From Phaeosaccion multiseriatum (taxonomy: Eukaryota; Protista; Ochrophyta, other classes), in NCBI GenBank assembly GCA_965112735.1, contig OZ218953.1, positions 434,001 to 498,000 of the forward strand: a DNA stretch of 64,000 nt, in the 5' to 3' direction. Each line of letters opens with the position of its first letter. Position 1 is the first letter of the stretch. Below are positions 41,229 to 53,153 of the stretch, in pieces. The notes below the pieces were generated by a model, which was given only the letters and a program-made list of their open reading frames with translations, searched no databases and was not told where the DNA came from. A program made the position numbers and the translations under genes.

Positions 41229-44200
41229 TGTTGCCCCTACAGCCTCATATTCATTGCCTTAGTACGTGTAACTGTCACCATGCCCATATGACATCTTACG
41301 TGGCACAATGAGGTGGCACACAGCCCACCGGGAGTAGTAGTCTGTGGCGCTCCCTCACTCTTAGCTTATCCACCCTAAAGCTAAAGGAGACTCGGTTCTT
41401 TACTAGAGCTGAGGCAAGGCCTCCAAACTTTACAACCTTGCACCCATCTCTTCAAATATTGGCTCACTTTCCGACTTGCTAGCGATAGCGGGATTGGCTA
41501 CAATAAAGCTTTATTTGAGAGTTGCCAAAACTCAGGAAACTCTCAGCTCTCGGTCTCTGCATTCGGGAGACCTCTCAGCCTCAGCATTTCTGATCTAGAG
41601 TCGAACAGCTCGACAGCCGGACTACCTCTGATCCTCAACTTTGCGGAATTCAGCATCAGCATGGCGAACAACAAGAACAAGGGGAAGGGCAAGGCTAAGG
41701 AGGCTGAGGCGGTGCAGGACGTGGCTGACTCAGATGATGTCGCGGGGGCAGCAGATGCAGCATCCGAGGCGAACAACGAGGCAGCAGCTTCTGGCACCGA
41801 CGAGGAGAATGGCAGCAGCAGTAGCAGCAGTGGCTCGGACAGCGAAGAGGAGTCTCAGCGTATGCCCGCCACAGCCAGCTCAGTGGCCATCTTCTCTCTT
41901 ACTGCTCCCAACTTCCCATCTGGGGAGGTTACGGAGAAGGCTCTTATTGCTTTCTTCAAGCAGTATGAGACTTACCCTCGGCGATACAACGCGATTGTAG
42001 GTTCAAAGCCTGACCTTACGACTCTTGAGGTGCTCTTGCCTACGCACTACCTTACGTCACTTGGCGCTCAGCTTGGTAAAGCTACCTCAGCTATTACTCA
42101 CGAGTTTCTTTACAAGCACCTTCAGCAGCTGGTAGAGCCTGAGGCCGGCTCCTGTTCGGACCATGGCAATGCCCTACTGAAGGACCTCAAGAGCAAGCTC
42201 TATCTGCCACCGGATACTCAGAATCCCGTGGGCTCTCTCAATCAGCAGATGCACGGTCTCTTGGAGAAGCATGGCCAGACTCGAGTCTTCTTCAAGGAGG
42301 ACAACACTCAGGTCAGCACGGAGTCTTGCCAAGTTCTGTGCAATGCTCTGCTTCAAGCGTGCAATCGCCCTCAAGGGCTGAAGGGGTACCTCACTAGGTA
42401 CTTCACTCTTCACAAGAACCTTCTGAAGACCTACGTGCCCTTTCTCCAGCAACTGACCCTCATGGTGGATCAGTACTTGCCCATCTACCGGTGCATCCAG
42501 CAAGACACTTCCAATGGGGCTGTCGCTCTGCCCTCTCTTGAGGAGATACAGCGATTGGTCATCACTGGTGGGGGCAAGAAGCCAGCTGGCGGCGGTAGGC
42601 GACAGCAGCAGCAGCAGCAGCAGCCGCAGCAGCAGCCGCAGCAGCCGAAGCGCGACGCTCCCGCCTCTGCGGACTCTCGGGCAACTACCCCCCCTCTGAA
42701 GAAGCCGAAGAAGCAAGGACGTGAGTCCAAGGCTCAGGCTTGCTTCAAGTGTGGCAACTCTGATCACACGGTCTGTACTTGCCCGCAGCTCAAGAACAAA
42801 GCGGAGCGCATGAAGGTTACGAGCGACCGCAACCTGCCTTGGAACCCTCCCAAGAACTATGAGGTCAGTACTCTGACCAATGCTAATGACTTACTCTCGC
42901 ACTCTCCCACTGATGGAACAATCTCTCTCTTTTCTTCCTCTCCTGCTTCTTTGCATGCTCTTACGCATCAAACAGGAAAACTGAAGAAGCGCTCTCTCGA
43001 GTGCTTAGTCGACACCGGTGCGGAGACCTTTTGCCTCCTTCCCAGGCCTGTGGCGGACGAGATGGTAGCAGACGGAATGGATGTCTCCATTCGCGCTCTT
43101 CCTAAGCCGGTGCAGCTGCAGCCTTTTGGATGCAGCACCTCACAAGTCATCACGCATGAGCTCAGCAACTTTCACTTTCACATTCATACGGACGCGGGTC
43201 CTCTCTCTTCTGTCGCACTTCCACCTCTCACTGCATTGCTCTTTGAGCCGCGCGAGGATGAGGCCCCTCTCTTCTACCTAGGGAAAGGGCTGGCCCAACA
43301 GCTGGGTCTCGCGCTGCCCCGAGAGCAGCTTCGACAGCAGGCGGAGAAGCAAGCAGCTGTGGCTGGTTCGGAAGTGCCCTTTGAACTGCGCAACTCCACT
43401 CCCACTGATGCGTCTTCTGCAACGGTGCGCGTGAGTTCGTTGTTACAAGCGGGTGCTTCTCTTGCTTCCTTGCCTGAGCAGTATATAGGAGACAACGCTA
43501 ACTTTTCTATAGATCTTTCGGACTGCTCTTCTGATGATGTGTATGCTTCGCAATACACTTCTGACGAAGTCTTCCACGTAGCTTCCGCCACCTTTACTGC
43601 TCGCAGTGAAGTTGGCACCTCTAATAATGAACCTTTGGCCCGCTACGATGATCCTCTCCCTGAGGTGTCTGATTCTCCCGTCTTACCGGAAACTCAATTC
43701 AAAGAAGCTCTGCTCCCCATTGCTCAATCAGCAGTCGGCTTCTCCGACACCGCCGCTCTCTACGAGGTCCTTACCTCACACCCGGAAGTATGGCGAGGCA
43801 AAGCGCTCTTGCATGACCCTCCAGCCAAGGTCGACCCCATGGTCATTCGCCTCAAGGACGGAGCGGAGCCCATCTGCCAATTGCCCATCTACCAATCCGG
43901 TGCCCGTCGTGACTTTCTTCGAGACTTCACGGACGAGCTCTCCAAGTTCGGATGTCACTATCCAAACCCTCAGGCCGTCTGGGCCAGCCGCGCTTTCTGT
44001 ATCCAGAAGCCCGGCAAGCCTGGACAGTTCAGGCAGGTAGCTGACTACCAAGAGGTCAACCTTCGCACTCTTCGCTCCCGCTTTCCCATGCCCAATCTCT
44101 CTGAGATCAGTGCCAAGATGCGCGGAGCACGCTTCTTCTGTGAGCTTGACCTTGCCAACATGTTCTGGCAGCTGCCCCTCGATCTCTCCAGCCAAGAGAT

Positions 44201-47200
44201 CCTCACCTAAAGCACCCCTGACGGGAAGTTTACTCCCACGCGTGTGACTCAAGGCATCCTCAATGCCAGTGAGTTTGCACAGAGCACTCTAGCTAAGTGC
44301 CTCTCTGAACATTTCGGCACCAACCTTGTTACCTGGATCGACAACATCACCATCTGGGCCCACACGGAGGAAGAGTTCCGCTCCATTCTTCAGTCTGTGC
44401 TCGATGCACTCGCCAAGGCCGGTTTCAAGCTCGGGTTCTCGGGTGTATCCATCGGCAACTCGCAAAAGTTCTGCGGGAAGATCTATGATGGCGACGGCGT
44501 CAAACATGACCCTGTCAAGATCCAAGGTCTCCTCGACCTCGAGGAGCCCAAGAACGGTGCTGAGTTGATTCAATTCGTCGCCGCTGCTGGCTGGATGCGA
44601 GACTGCATCCCACGCTTTGCAGAGCTCGTCGCTCCTCTGCAAGAGCTCAACCAAACCGTCTTCTCCGCAGCTGGCAACCGCAAGCAGAGACGTCACCCTG
44701 ACGCCACTGCCGCTCCTACTCCTCGCACCAAACGTGTCGCTCGCTCCGTCTCCCTCTCTTCGGTGGGGTGGGGCCCTGAGCACTCCAAAGCCTTTCAAGC
44801 TCTGAAAGACGCTCTGGCAGATCAAGTCAAGCTTGCTCATCCTGACCCTGACAAGGCTCGCTGTGTCTTTCCTGATGCCAGTGATCTCCATTGGGGGAAT
44901 GTGGTGACGCAAGTGCCCATTGAGGACCTCAGCAAGCCCATCGCCGAACAGCGCCATGAGCCTCTTGCCTTCCTCAGCGGTAGCTTTGCCGGAGCTCAGC
45001 TCAACTACGCCACCATTGACAAGGAAGCCTTTGCTATCCTCCAGTCCTTTGAACGCCTGCCTTGGCTGATGTCTGGTGTGCACCTCTTCATCTACACTGA
45101 TCACCGCAATTTGCAATACTGCTTCAGGCCCAGTAGCATCATCAGTGACGTACACAAGCCAGCACGCGAGCGATTGCAACGCTGGTCTGTGTTCCTCTCG
45201 GGCTTTGATTATGAAATCGCCCACCTTAGTGGTGAGCTGAACGTGTGGGGTGACATGACCTCTCGCTTCCGCTCAGTCCCAGGCTCTGCTACAAAGCCTC
45301 TTGATCCTCCGGAAGACCACACTGTACGCGTGAGTGCCCTCCAACGCACCTTCTCTCCAGGATCAGTGCACGACTCCATGGACAGTGACTTTGAGTGGCC
45401 CTCTCTCGCGGAGATTCGCTCTTCTCAAGCGGCTGCCCAAGGCACGCTCACTCTCGAAGCGCTCGCAGCTCAGCAGCACCTTGCTTCTCTGGAGCATGAT
45501 GCTAACCTCGACGCCATTGTGGTACCTCAATCGGCGTCTTCACGTCCCCTGTGGATACCCAATGACGACATTGACCTACAAGTCCGACTCTCTGTCATTG
45601 CACATCAAGGATCGGCAGGGTATCGCGCTGCCGACACCACTCTCTCCGTTCTCTCGGAACGATTCCACTGGCACACCATTGGTGCCGACCTGACTCGCTT
45701 TGTTGACCTCTGCCTCCATTGCCTCACCAACTCCCATGGGCATCGTATACCTCGCCCTCTTCGCGGTGCGGTTCACCCTACAAAGCCCAATCAGATGATT
45801 CATTTCGACTTCGTCCACATGCATGACTTGGGCTGCACTTCCTTGCCATACCTGTTGGTCATCCAAGATGCCTTCAGTGGTTACACCATGCTCAACGAAT
45901 GCGCTTCCACCACTGCAGACGCAGCTGTTGGTGGATTGATGCGCTGGTTCAGCACATTTGGAGTAGTGAGCAAGTGGCAGAGTGATCGAGGCAGTCACTT
46001 CCTCAACCATGTGATGAAGCGCCTAGCGACTGAGCTTCGCGCCAAACATCGCTTCTCGGCTCCATACTCTGCTTGGAGTAATGGTCTCGCTGAACGAGCT
46101 GTACGCACTGTCGTTTCAGTCTACCGCTCTCTCCTCTCTGAGTTTCGCATTGACGCGGACGACTACAATCTGATCACACCTCTGGTCCAAGCTGCCATCA
46201 ACACCACGATCAGCTCGACCCGCAAAGAAACTCCACTCTTTCTGCACACTGGCCTACGTTCGACGACTCCACTTTATATCGTCTTGCAACAGGGCGACAG
46301 CTTCGATGTTGACTTCCAATCTTCGCCGCCAACTCTTGAACAGCTCAACCACTATGGTGCTCAGCTGCAAGCGGTTCTTGAAGAGAGACACGAACGGGTT
46401 GCTGCTCAACTTGAGCGCTCGCGGGCGACGGCTCGCGACCGTCACAATCGTCGTCTGGACACTACTCGTCTTGGACATCAACACTGCAAGGAGCTGGCTC
46501 TCTCGGCTTCCCTCAACTACGAAGGCCTCTACATGCCGGGCATCTATGTCCTTGTCGCTTCCAACAGCCGCTACTCCAAGCTCTCTGGAGTGTGGCAAGG
46601 CCCTTATAAAGTGCTGGAGGAGATTGACACTCTGGTCTACAAAGTGCAACACCTTGTCTCGAAGCAAACCTCTGAAGTGCACGCTTGCCGCTTGCGCTAC
46701 TACGCTGACCAGCATCTCAATGTCAGTACTGAGCTACTTAAGCAGATCTCACACGACTCAGCCTCCTGGGTCGTCTCCGCCTTCAAGGACCTACAACGTC
46801 CCTCTCAAGGCGCTCCCTGGCAGGTTCACACCTCCTGGAAGGGCTTCAATGCCACCGACGATACTTGGGAACCTTGGGAACAACCTTTGACAGTCATGAA
46901 TGATGACGTTCCTGCTCTTTTAGAGCAATTCCTCTCCTCTTTCCCTCGTCGCTCTTTGGCGGAGGATGCTAAGCGCTTCCTTCGGTCTCGCGGCCCCTCG
47001 TCACGCCGACGCCCGCGAGCAGGCCGCCGATAAGGAAACCCTTCGGGAACCCTTTTTGGTTACTTTTATTCATATGAACATGTTCTCTCTCTCTCTCATC
47101 TTCTCTTTTAGCATTTAGTTTAGTCACGCTCTCGTTAGTCGAGCTTCTCTCTCGAGGGGGAAGTGTTGCCCCTACAGCCTCATATTCATTGCCTTAGTAC

Positions 47201-47437
47201 GTGTAACTGTCACCATGCCCATATGACATCTTACGTGGCACAATGAGGTGGCACACAGCCCACCGGGAGTAGTAGTCTGTGGCACTCCCTCACTCTTAGC
47301 TTATCCACCCTAAAGCTAAAGGAGACTCGGTTCTTTACTAGAGCTGAGGCAAGGCCTCCAAACTTTACAACCTTGCACCCATCTCTTCAAATATTGGCTC
47401 ACTTTCCGACTTGCTAGCGATAGCGGGATTGGCTACA
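41229..47437 (+). mobile_element. Ty3/Gypsy chromovirus-like LTR retrotransposon (family Y) nested in X
   Basis: 274-bp LTRs 41229-41502 and 47164-47437 (one mismatch seen), PPT GAGGGGGAAG. Confidence 0.97.
41661..47033 (+). pseudogene. Gag-Pol polyprotein (CCHC, protease, RT, RNase H, integrase, chromodomain) with one in-frame stop
   Basis: CFKCGNSDHTVCTC; LVDTGA; RT LDLANMFWQ and WIDN; RNase H DAS/TDHRNL; integrase CLHC, HFDF, SDRGSHF, NGLAER, GPY; chromodomain SWKGF..DTWEP. ORFs 41661.. and 44244.. are in the same frame, separated by TAA at 44208-44210. Confidence 0.95.
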
Positions 47438-48403
47438 TGCCTCTCTAGCATGGCGGCGCTTATCTGCAAGCGAGGATGAGTGTTGGTGCTTCTGGTGAGT
47501 AGGTTTCTACGACTGTAGCTGCAAGCGCGTGCTAGGGCTGTTGGTTGTTCTCTTTGCTTGTATTTGTATGGGGTTGCTCGGCCTTGTTCTTTTATATACA
47601 CGGCCTTGGGTTGGCTAGACATGTTTTTCTTTCATATAAACGACTATGTGTCGGACTTGTTTGATTTTATATATTTAGGATGTAGGTGTTACGTATTGAG
47701 CCTATGACTGGTTGCCTCCACACAGAGTGTCTCGGCAAGGGGGGATCTGTGGTGGAGCTGGGACAGGCTCAATTACGTATTATCAGGTAGGCAGGACAGT
47801 AAGTCAATGATGGGGGACGCGGCCTTTTTGGGGCCTGGTTGGCCCCTCCGCACTCCTGAACCCGTAAAGACCAATTGGATTGCTTCCTTAAACAAGGGAG
47901 CTGTCCAGGGTCTTAGGGTGGGAAAGCCCTAGTCATTAATACACTTGGTGCCAGCATTGGACTCTTATCTCTCCCCTCTTGGGCCCGAAACGGAGCGCTC
48001 AGCTTGGGGGTACCTTCCTCCTCATAATAGAGGGAGGTACAGGCCCCACACCTGCCCATACACCTCTAACACCCTTCACATACACCCACTCTATATACCC
48101 AATTTGACCCACTTGCAGGAGGCGGTGGAGGCAATGAGCAAGGACGTGCCCATGTGGGACCTTTCTCGCCGCGACTCGCACCTTCCCTACTTCGTCTGGG
48201 CACTGCTATACAGCGAGGGGCACAGACACTGTCGCCGGAGCGGTAGCAGAGCGGGCGAATTTTCCCATCGGGGCGAAGGAGGACGCCTCGCCCATCAGCC
48301 TTGACCCAAGTTGGAGACAGCCTTGACCCTCAACCCTCTCCCCTTTCGGCTCTTCCCTTTCCCCTCTCCCATCCCCACTCGCCCCTCTCGCCTCGCTTCC
48401 CTT

Positions 48404-51400
48404 TGTTGCGATGTCCCTCCCGCACTATGATACGTTAGCTGTTGTGTGTGTCAACTAATATATATTGCCCTTAACAGAACCATAAACGTAGTACGTAGAA
48501 GAGGCCCAGAGTTTCAGATCCCCAAGTGTGGACGTTATCAGTATTGGGCATCCCACAGACCCCAATAATGATCATATCACAACACCCCCCTTGGATCTAA
48601 ACTCACTCTCTCCTAAACAGTCAACACATCTAAGACAGCAAGTATAACGCATGTAAAACCTCGCTACCTCATATAATCACTAACCCAAGCTATCCCAAGA
48701 CTAACCCAAGCTAAACTAAAACCCAAAACTACTTCAACATCTTCGAAACCAGGTACTTGTGCACCTGTGGAGTCAAAGCCTTGGTCATGATGTCCCCAAG
48801 CTGCTCCTTCGTGTTCAGATACTGCTCTCGTTCCCCTTGACCAGCTGAATGCACCCTTCATCGTCTTCATATAAAACAGTGCCTGTCCCATCAGCCTCCG
48901 AACACAGAAACTCATGTCCTTCACAATGGAAACTCCTTCACTCAGTCTGCTGCCACGCTGCTTGGACTACACGTCCCTCCAGCAAATGTCAAGTCCCTCA
49001 ACACTGCTCCGACTGTCCAGGTCAGCAGCCCATTTCACTTCGGCTAACGCCTCCAAATAGAGTCCCCCCTTTCCTTCAAACGCTTCTCCAAATGTACCCC
49101 CGGGTACTCACACAAGCGCTTCTATGCTTCGCCATGCTCAGGCCCCGCCCGGCTTCTTCATAAGCCGAGTCAATTCCTCCTTGCAAATGCTATGTCGCTC
49201 ACAACCATGCTAGCGGCCATCACCCACGAACCCACCCGACTATCACACAGTCAGCCTGTTCGTCTTCAATGCCACTTGCCTCTAGGCGCTTCCACAATTG
49301 CTCACAAGTCTTAGCTGGTGACCCATACATATGTCCACCCAAGACTTCATGCCACTCTAACGTAGCACCCATATACCCCTCTACAGGAAGACTCAAAATC
49401 CAGTCCCCCTCTTGTGTGCACAACTTGCTCACCCTTGGTCCTGCTTCCGCGTTGACCTCTCCCATACAGATCTTGCTCGCACCGAACCCTCGTACCACGC
49501 TGACCTCTCCTATACTTCCCTGTAGGTACCGCATCCCAGTCCGTCTCCTGGGCGCCTCTGTCGCCCTCCCTGGCTGTCTCATACATCCAATAACGACTGG
49601 CCTGCATAGGTTCCAGGTTCTGCTCTGCCTTGCTCTGCTCTGCCTTGCTCTGCTCTGCCCTGATCTGGCTGCTCTGCTCTCTGTTGTGCTGTAAGCTGCC
49701 TTCGCTGCACTCTCTGCAGCGCTCTTGCGGCGCTGTCTGCCGCTCTGTCCGACACACTGCCTGCTGGGGCTCTGCCGGCTGTGGCTCTGCCGGCTGTGGC
49801 TCTGCCCTCTGCTGCTGCTGTGCTGTCTGACTCTTCTCTTGTGTCTCCGCTGGCTCTGCCTGCTGCCGCTCTTGCTGTGCGACTGAATCTGCCTGCCTCT
49901 GTTCTCTCTGAGCTGCCGGCTCTCCCTGCCGCTGCTCTGCTGTTGGACACATCTGTGTCTCTGCTGGCTCTGCCTGCTGTCGCTCTCGCTGTGCGACTGA
50001 ATCTGCCTGCCTCTGTTCTCTCTGAGCTGCCGGCTCTCCCTGCCGCTGCTCTGCTGTTGGACACATCTGTGTCTCTGCTGGCTCTGCCTGCTGTCGCTCC
50101 CGCTGTGCGGCTGGCTCTGCCTGCCTCGTCTCTCTCTGAGCTGCCGGCTCTTCCTGCCGCTGCTCTGTTGTCGGACACCTCTGTGTCTCTGCTGGCTCTG
50201 CCTGCTGTCGCTCCCGCTGTGCGGCTGGCTCTGCCTGTCTGCTGTCTTTGCCCCTCTCGGGAGTGGGTCCGTCCCTGCACGACGCTGCACATACTCTCCC
50301 GCCCGGCAGCGGAGTGTCCAATGCTACCTGCTGAGCCACGGTAGACTTTCTCGTCGGTGCCACTGCCTCTACGTGCCGGTCTGCTTGCACTACTTCTGTC
50401 TGCTTCTCCGCCCGCGCTGCCTGCTGCTGTTCGCGCTGCTCTACCGGTTCTGCCTGCGGCTTCTCCGTCTGCACCGCCGGCTGCCGTACTTGCTTATCTA
50501 CCGGTTCTGCCTGCGCCAGCTGCTCCGTGCTTTCCCCAATTCTCTCTCTCTCCGTGGGACTCAGGTCAGTCCCCACAAGCCCACGGCTTGCTCCTACCCC
50601 TACCGAGTTTTCTACTCCTGGGTATGTCTGGACGGCCTCTGCAGCCATCGACTCTGTTTGCCCCGGCTCTCGCTGCCGTGGCTCTACGTGCTGCTCCTCA
50701 GACAGTTGCGGCTCTGTCTGCTCAGACTCTGCACGCACTGATTGCTGCTCTGCCTCTTCCGGCTCGGCACGCTCTGGTTGCTGCTCTGCTTCCTTCGGCT
50801 CTGCACACGCTAGTTGCTGCTTTGCCTCCTCCGGCTCTGCACGCTCTAGTTGCTGCTCTGCCTCCTCCGGCTCTGCACACGCTAGTTGCTGCTTTGCCTC
50901 CTCCGGCTCTGCACGCTCTAGTTGCTGCTCTGCCTCCTCCGGCTCTGCACACGCTAGTTGCTGCTCTGCCTCCTCCGGCTCTGCACGCTCTAGTTGCTGC
51001 TCTGCCTCCTCCGGCTCTGCACGCTCTAGTTGCTGCTCTGCCTCCTCCGGCTCTGCACACGCTAGTTGCTGCTTTGCCTCTTCCGGCTCTGTACGCAACC
51101 CTCTCTCTTCATTAGTAAGGGGCCCTCCCTCACTATCAGGACTGATTCTACGAATATCGACCGACACTTCCGTTCCACCATCCGTCCTATCTTCTTCTGG
51201 CTCCGGCATACCATTTTTCCGTATGCCCAGCCTAAGACTACTAACGCAGTCTTCGATGTGGGATGCACCCTCATCACCGGGACAGGTATTACGTGTGTCA
51301 GCAAACACATCCGTTCCACCATCCGCCCCCAGTACCCTACCATATTGCCTGTCAGACATCTTGGTTCTACCAGGGTCACTAGTATTTGTTGCTGCAAGCT

Positions 51401-52455
51401 CAATACTTGCTATCTGCGCTTCCTCCGATCTTCTCGCTCCGGCCTCGACCGCCCATGAAGCCTTCTCAGACCTCCGCCTCGCGAAGTCCTCCCAAGCCGC
51501 TACCTTCTTTCCAAAGGCCGCTATTTCACTGCAGTAGGCCGCTATTCCACTACAGTCTTCGACGTTTCCATAGTTCTCTACTTCTATATAGCGCTCCCTC
51601 ACTTTCTTCATGAGAGATTGTGCCTTCTCCAACTCTGTCCAGGCTGCCAATTCCTCTGTCAAAAGCTCCAGTTCTTTCGCGTAAGCAGCTAACTGCCGCT
51701 CCGATTCGCTTTCATTGTCAGGAACGGCTGTCTCTCCAACTGTTCCTTCTTTCAGCTCGGAAGAGAAGGTTTGCACCTTTGACTTGTAGCTCAAACAAAT
51801 CAGAGAGCTGCTGCTACCGCTGCTGCCCCCCGTGCTGCCTCCCCCTCCCGCTATGGTGCCGCCACTGCTTGACGCACCTCCGGGGCCTCCTGCCCCTGAC
51901 ACAACAGAGCTTCCCGCTGCTGATCCTGTGTCTAACTTGGCCAATAAGTTGGTCAGGTTTGCTATCTGCTGCTGTAGTATTGCGCAATACTAATCTAAGT
52001 GGGTAGTGTAGCCTATATAAAGGCAACATGCTGCATTAGCATAAACGTGTCTTGTTGAGAAGGTGGATCCCCTCCACCTACTCCTGGACTAGAGATATCA
52101 GGGAACGCATCGTCCCCATCCCCGTCCTGCTCTGTCCCGCTAGCATGCCCCCCAGGCATGGGTACCGCAAGACAGCACTACGTCTCCTGTTGATTTACAC
52201 TCACTTCGTTTTCTGCCGCTGAACAATTAAATTGCGGAACCAGCTAGCTGTAAAGATGTTCGCGACAATTGTCGTGTTGCGATGTCCCTCCCGCACTATG
52301 ATACGTAAGCTGTTGTGTGTGTCAACTAATATATATTGCCCTTAACAGAACCATAAACGTAGTACGTAGAAGAGGCCCAGAGTTTCAGATCCCCAAGTGT
52401 GGACGTTATCAGTATTGGGCATCCCACAGACCCCAATAATGATCATATCACAACA
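48404..52455 (-). mobile_element. Non-autonomous Ty1/Copia-derived LTR element (family Z)
   Basis: 181-bp LTRs 48404-48584 and 52275-52455 (one mismatch seen), 5-bp TSD CCCTT, minus-strand PPT AAGGGGGG. Residual Copia RNase H C-terminus YLNTKEQLGDIMTKAL at ~48.78-48.82 kb. Confidence 0.9.
49347..51944 (-). CDS. 865-codon repetitive ORF of element Z (Glu/Gln/Ala-rich 12-aa and ~36-aa tandem repeats)
   Basis: Open frame with ~10 AEPEEAEQQLER-type units and EPAAQRE..AEPAETQ units. No ATG at the 5' end. The C-terminus drifts into decayed Copia RT-like sequence (QDLYGRGQ). Confidence 0.5.
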   Translation of the reverse strand: MAKLDTGSAAGSSVVSGAGGPGGASSSGGTIAGGGGSTGGSSGSSSSLICLSYKSKVQTFSSELKEGTVGETAVPDNESESERQLAAYAKELELLTEELAAWTELEKAQSLMKKVRERYIEVENYGNVEDCSGIAAYCSEIAAFGKKVAAWEDFARRRSEKASWAVEAGARRSEEAQIASIELAATNTSDPGRTKMSDRQYGRVLGADGGTDVFADTRNTCPGDEGASHIEDCVSSLRLGIRKNGMPEPEEDRTDGGTEVSVDIRRISPDSEGGPLTNEERGLRTEPEEAKQQLACAEPEEAEQQLERAEPEEAEQQLERAEPEEAEQQLACAEPEEAEQQLERAEPEEAKQQLACAEPEEAEQQLERAEPEEAKQQLACAEPKEAEQQPERAEPEEAEQQSVRAESEQTEPQLSEEQHVEPRQREPGQTESMAAEAVQTYPGVENSVGVGASRGLVGTDLSPTERERIGESTEQLAQAEPVDKQVRQPAVQTEKPQAEPVEQREQQQAARAEKQTEVVQADRHVEAVAPTRKSTVAQQVALDTPLPGGRVCAASCRDGPTPERGKDSRQAEPAAQRERQQAEPAETQRCPTTEQRQEEPAAQRETRQAEPAAQRERQQAEPAETQMCPTAEQRQGEPAAQREQRQADSVAQRERQQAEPAETQMCPTAEQRQGEPAAQREQRQADSVAQQERQQAEPAETQEKSQTAQQQQRAEPQPAEPQPAEPQQAVCRTERQTAPQERCRECSEGSLQHNREQSSQIRAEQSKAEQSKAEQNLEPMQASRYWMYETAREGDRGAQETDWDAVPTGKYRRGQRGTRVRCEQDLYGRGQRGSRTKGEQVVHTRGGLDFESSCRGVYGCYVRVA

Positions 52456-52719
52456 CCCTTCCCTCTCCGCGGTGGCGCTGGCTGTCCGACAACATGCCTC
52501 TGGAGCTCTCTCTCGCCGCGGTGCAGAGGGGCGATATGGCAAGAGCAGCCAGAGGTGCACATCGCAAACACGCGCTTGAGGTTCGCGGTGAGTGAATGAG
52601 TGAGGGAGGGGATGGATGGAGGGAGGGACGGAGGGGGAGGTTTGGGGCTCTAAGGAGCAGCACCAACTGTGACGTGAATTGACCCAGTGAGTGAAGCCCA
52701 CTGTTGAAAGTCAGTAGTA

Positions 52720-53147
52720 TGTCAATGGCCCAGGCCCAGGCAGATACGGTGAGAAACGGTGCGTGGCCCGTTTCTCAGCGGCAGCAGCCAATAGCGAGAC
52801 CCGCAAGGAGCGGCACTATGCCAACACCCGACCGAGAGCGTGTTCGCCTCACCACCTTCGCCATCGAGACCCACGGACGACTCGGTGCACAGGCGCAATC
52901 GCTCGCTCCTACACGCACTCGCCGAGCACGTCGTTTCCCGCACGGGCCGCACCGGCTCCTCCACCACCAAGGGCCACGTCTTGACCAGGCTTATGTGGCT
53001 CTCGCTGAGGAGACGGCGCCTTCCTGGCCCGGCTCAACCGCAGCGCCGGATCAGCACTACTCCCTCGAGGGGGAGTAGCCGGCCTCTCTTGGGCCCTAGA
53101 GACACACGCACACACACACACACACACACAAAACACACGCAAACACC
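52720..53147 (+). mobile_element. 5'-truncated RLE non-LTR retrotransposon (CRE-like), duplicate copy
   Basis: Near-identical to 58380-58811. Confidence 0.7.
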
Positions 53148-53153
53148 CAATTC

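Larger units (their letters stand above)
40437..48050 (+). mobile_element. LTR retrotransposon family X, internally deleted/recombinant (LTRs 40437-40740 and 47748-48050)
   Basis: ~303-bp TG...CA LTRs, PBS-like TGGCAACGTCGGGAG after the 5' LTR, start of a possible gag ORF at 40742, PPT GGCAAGGGGGG before the 3' LTR. No pol left and no TSD. Confidence 0.85.

Noticed and set aside
44208-44210. Programmed gag-pol readthrough
   Set aside because: The stop is inside RT, not at the gag/pol border, and other inactivating changes accompany it
44289-45224. 311-aa antisense ORF in the Gypsy element
   Set aside because: Shadow of pol codon bias with no recognisable motif
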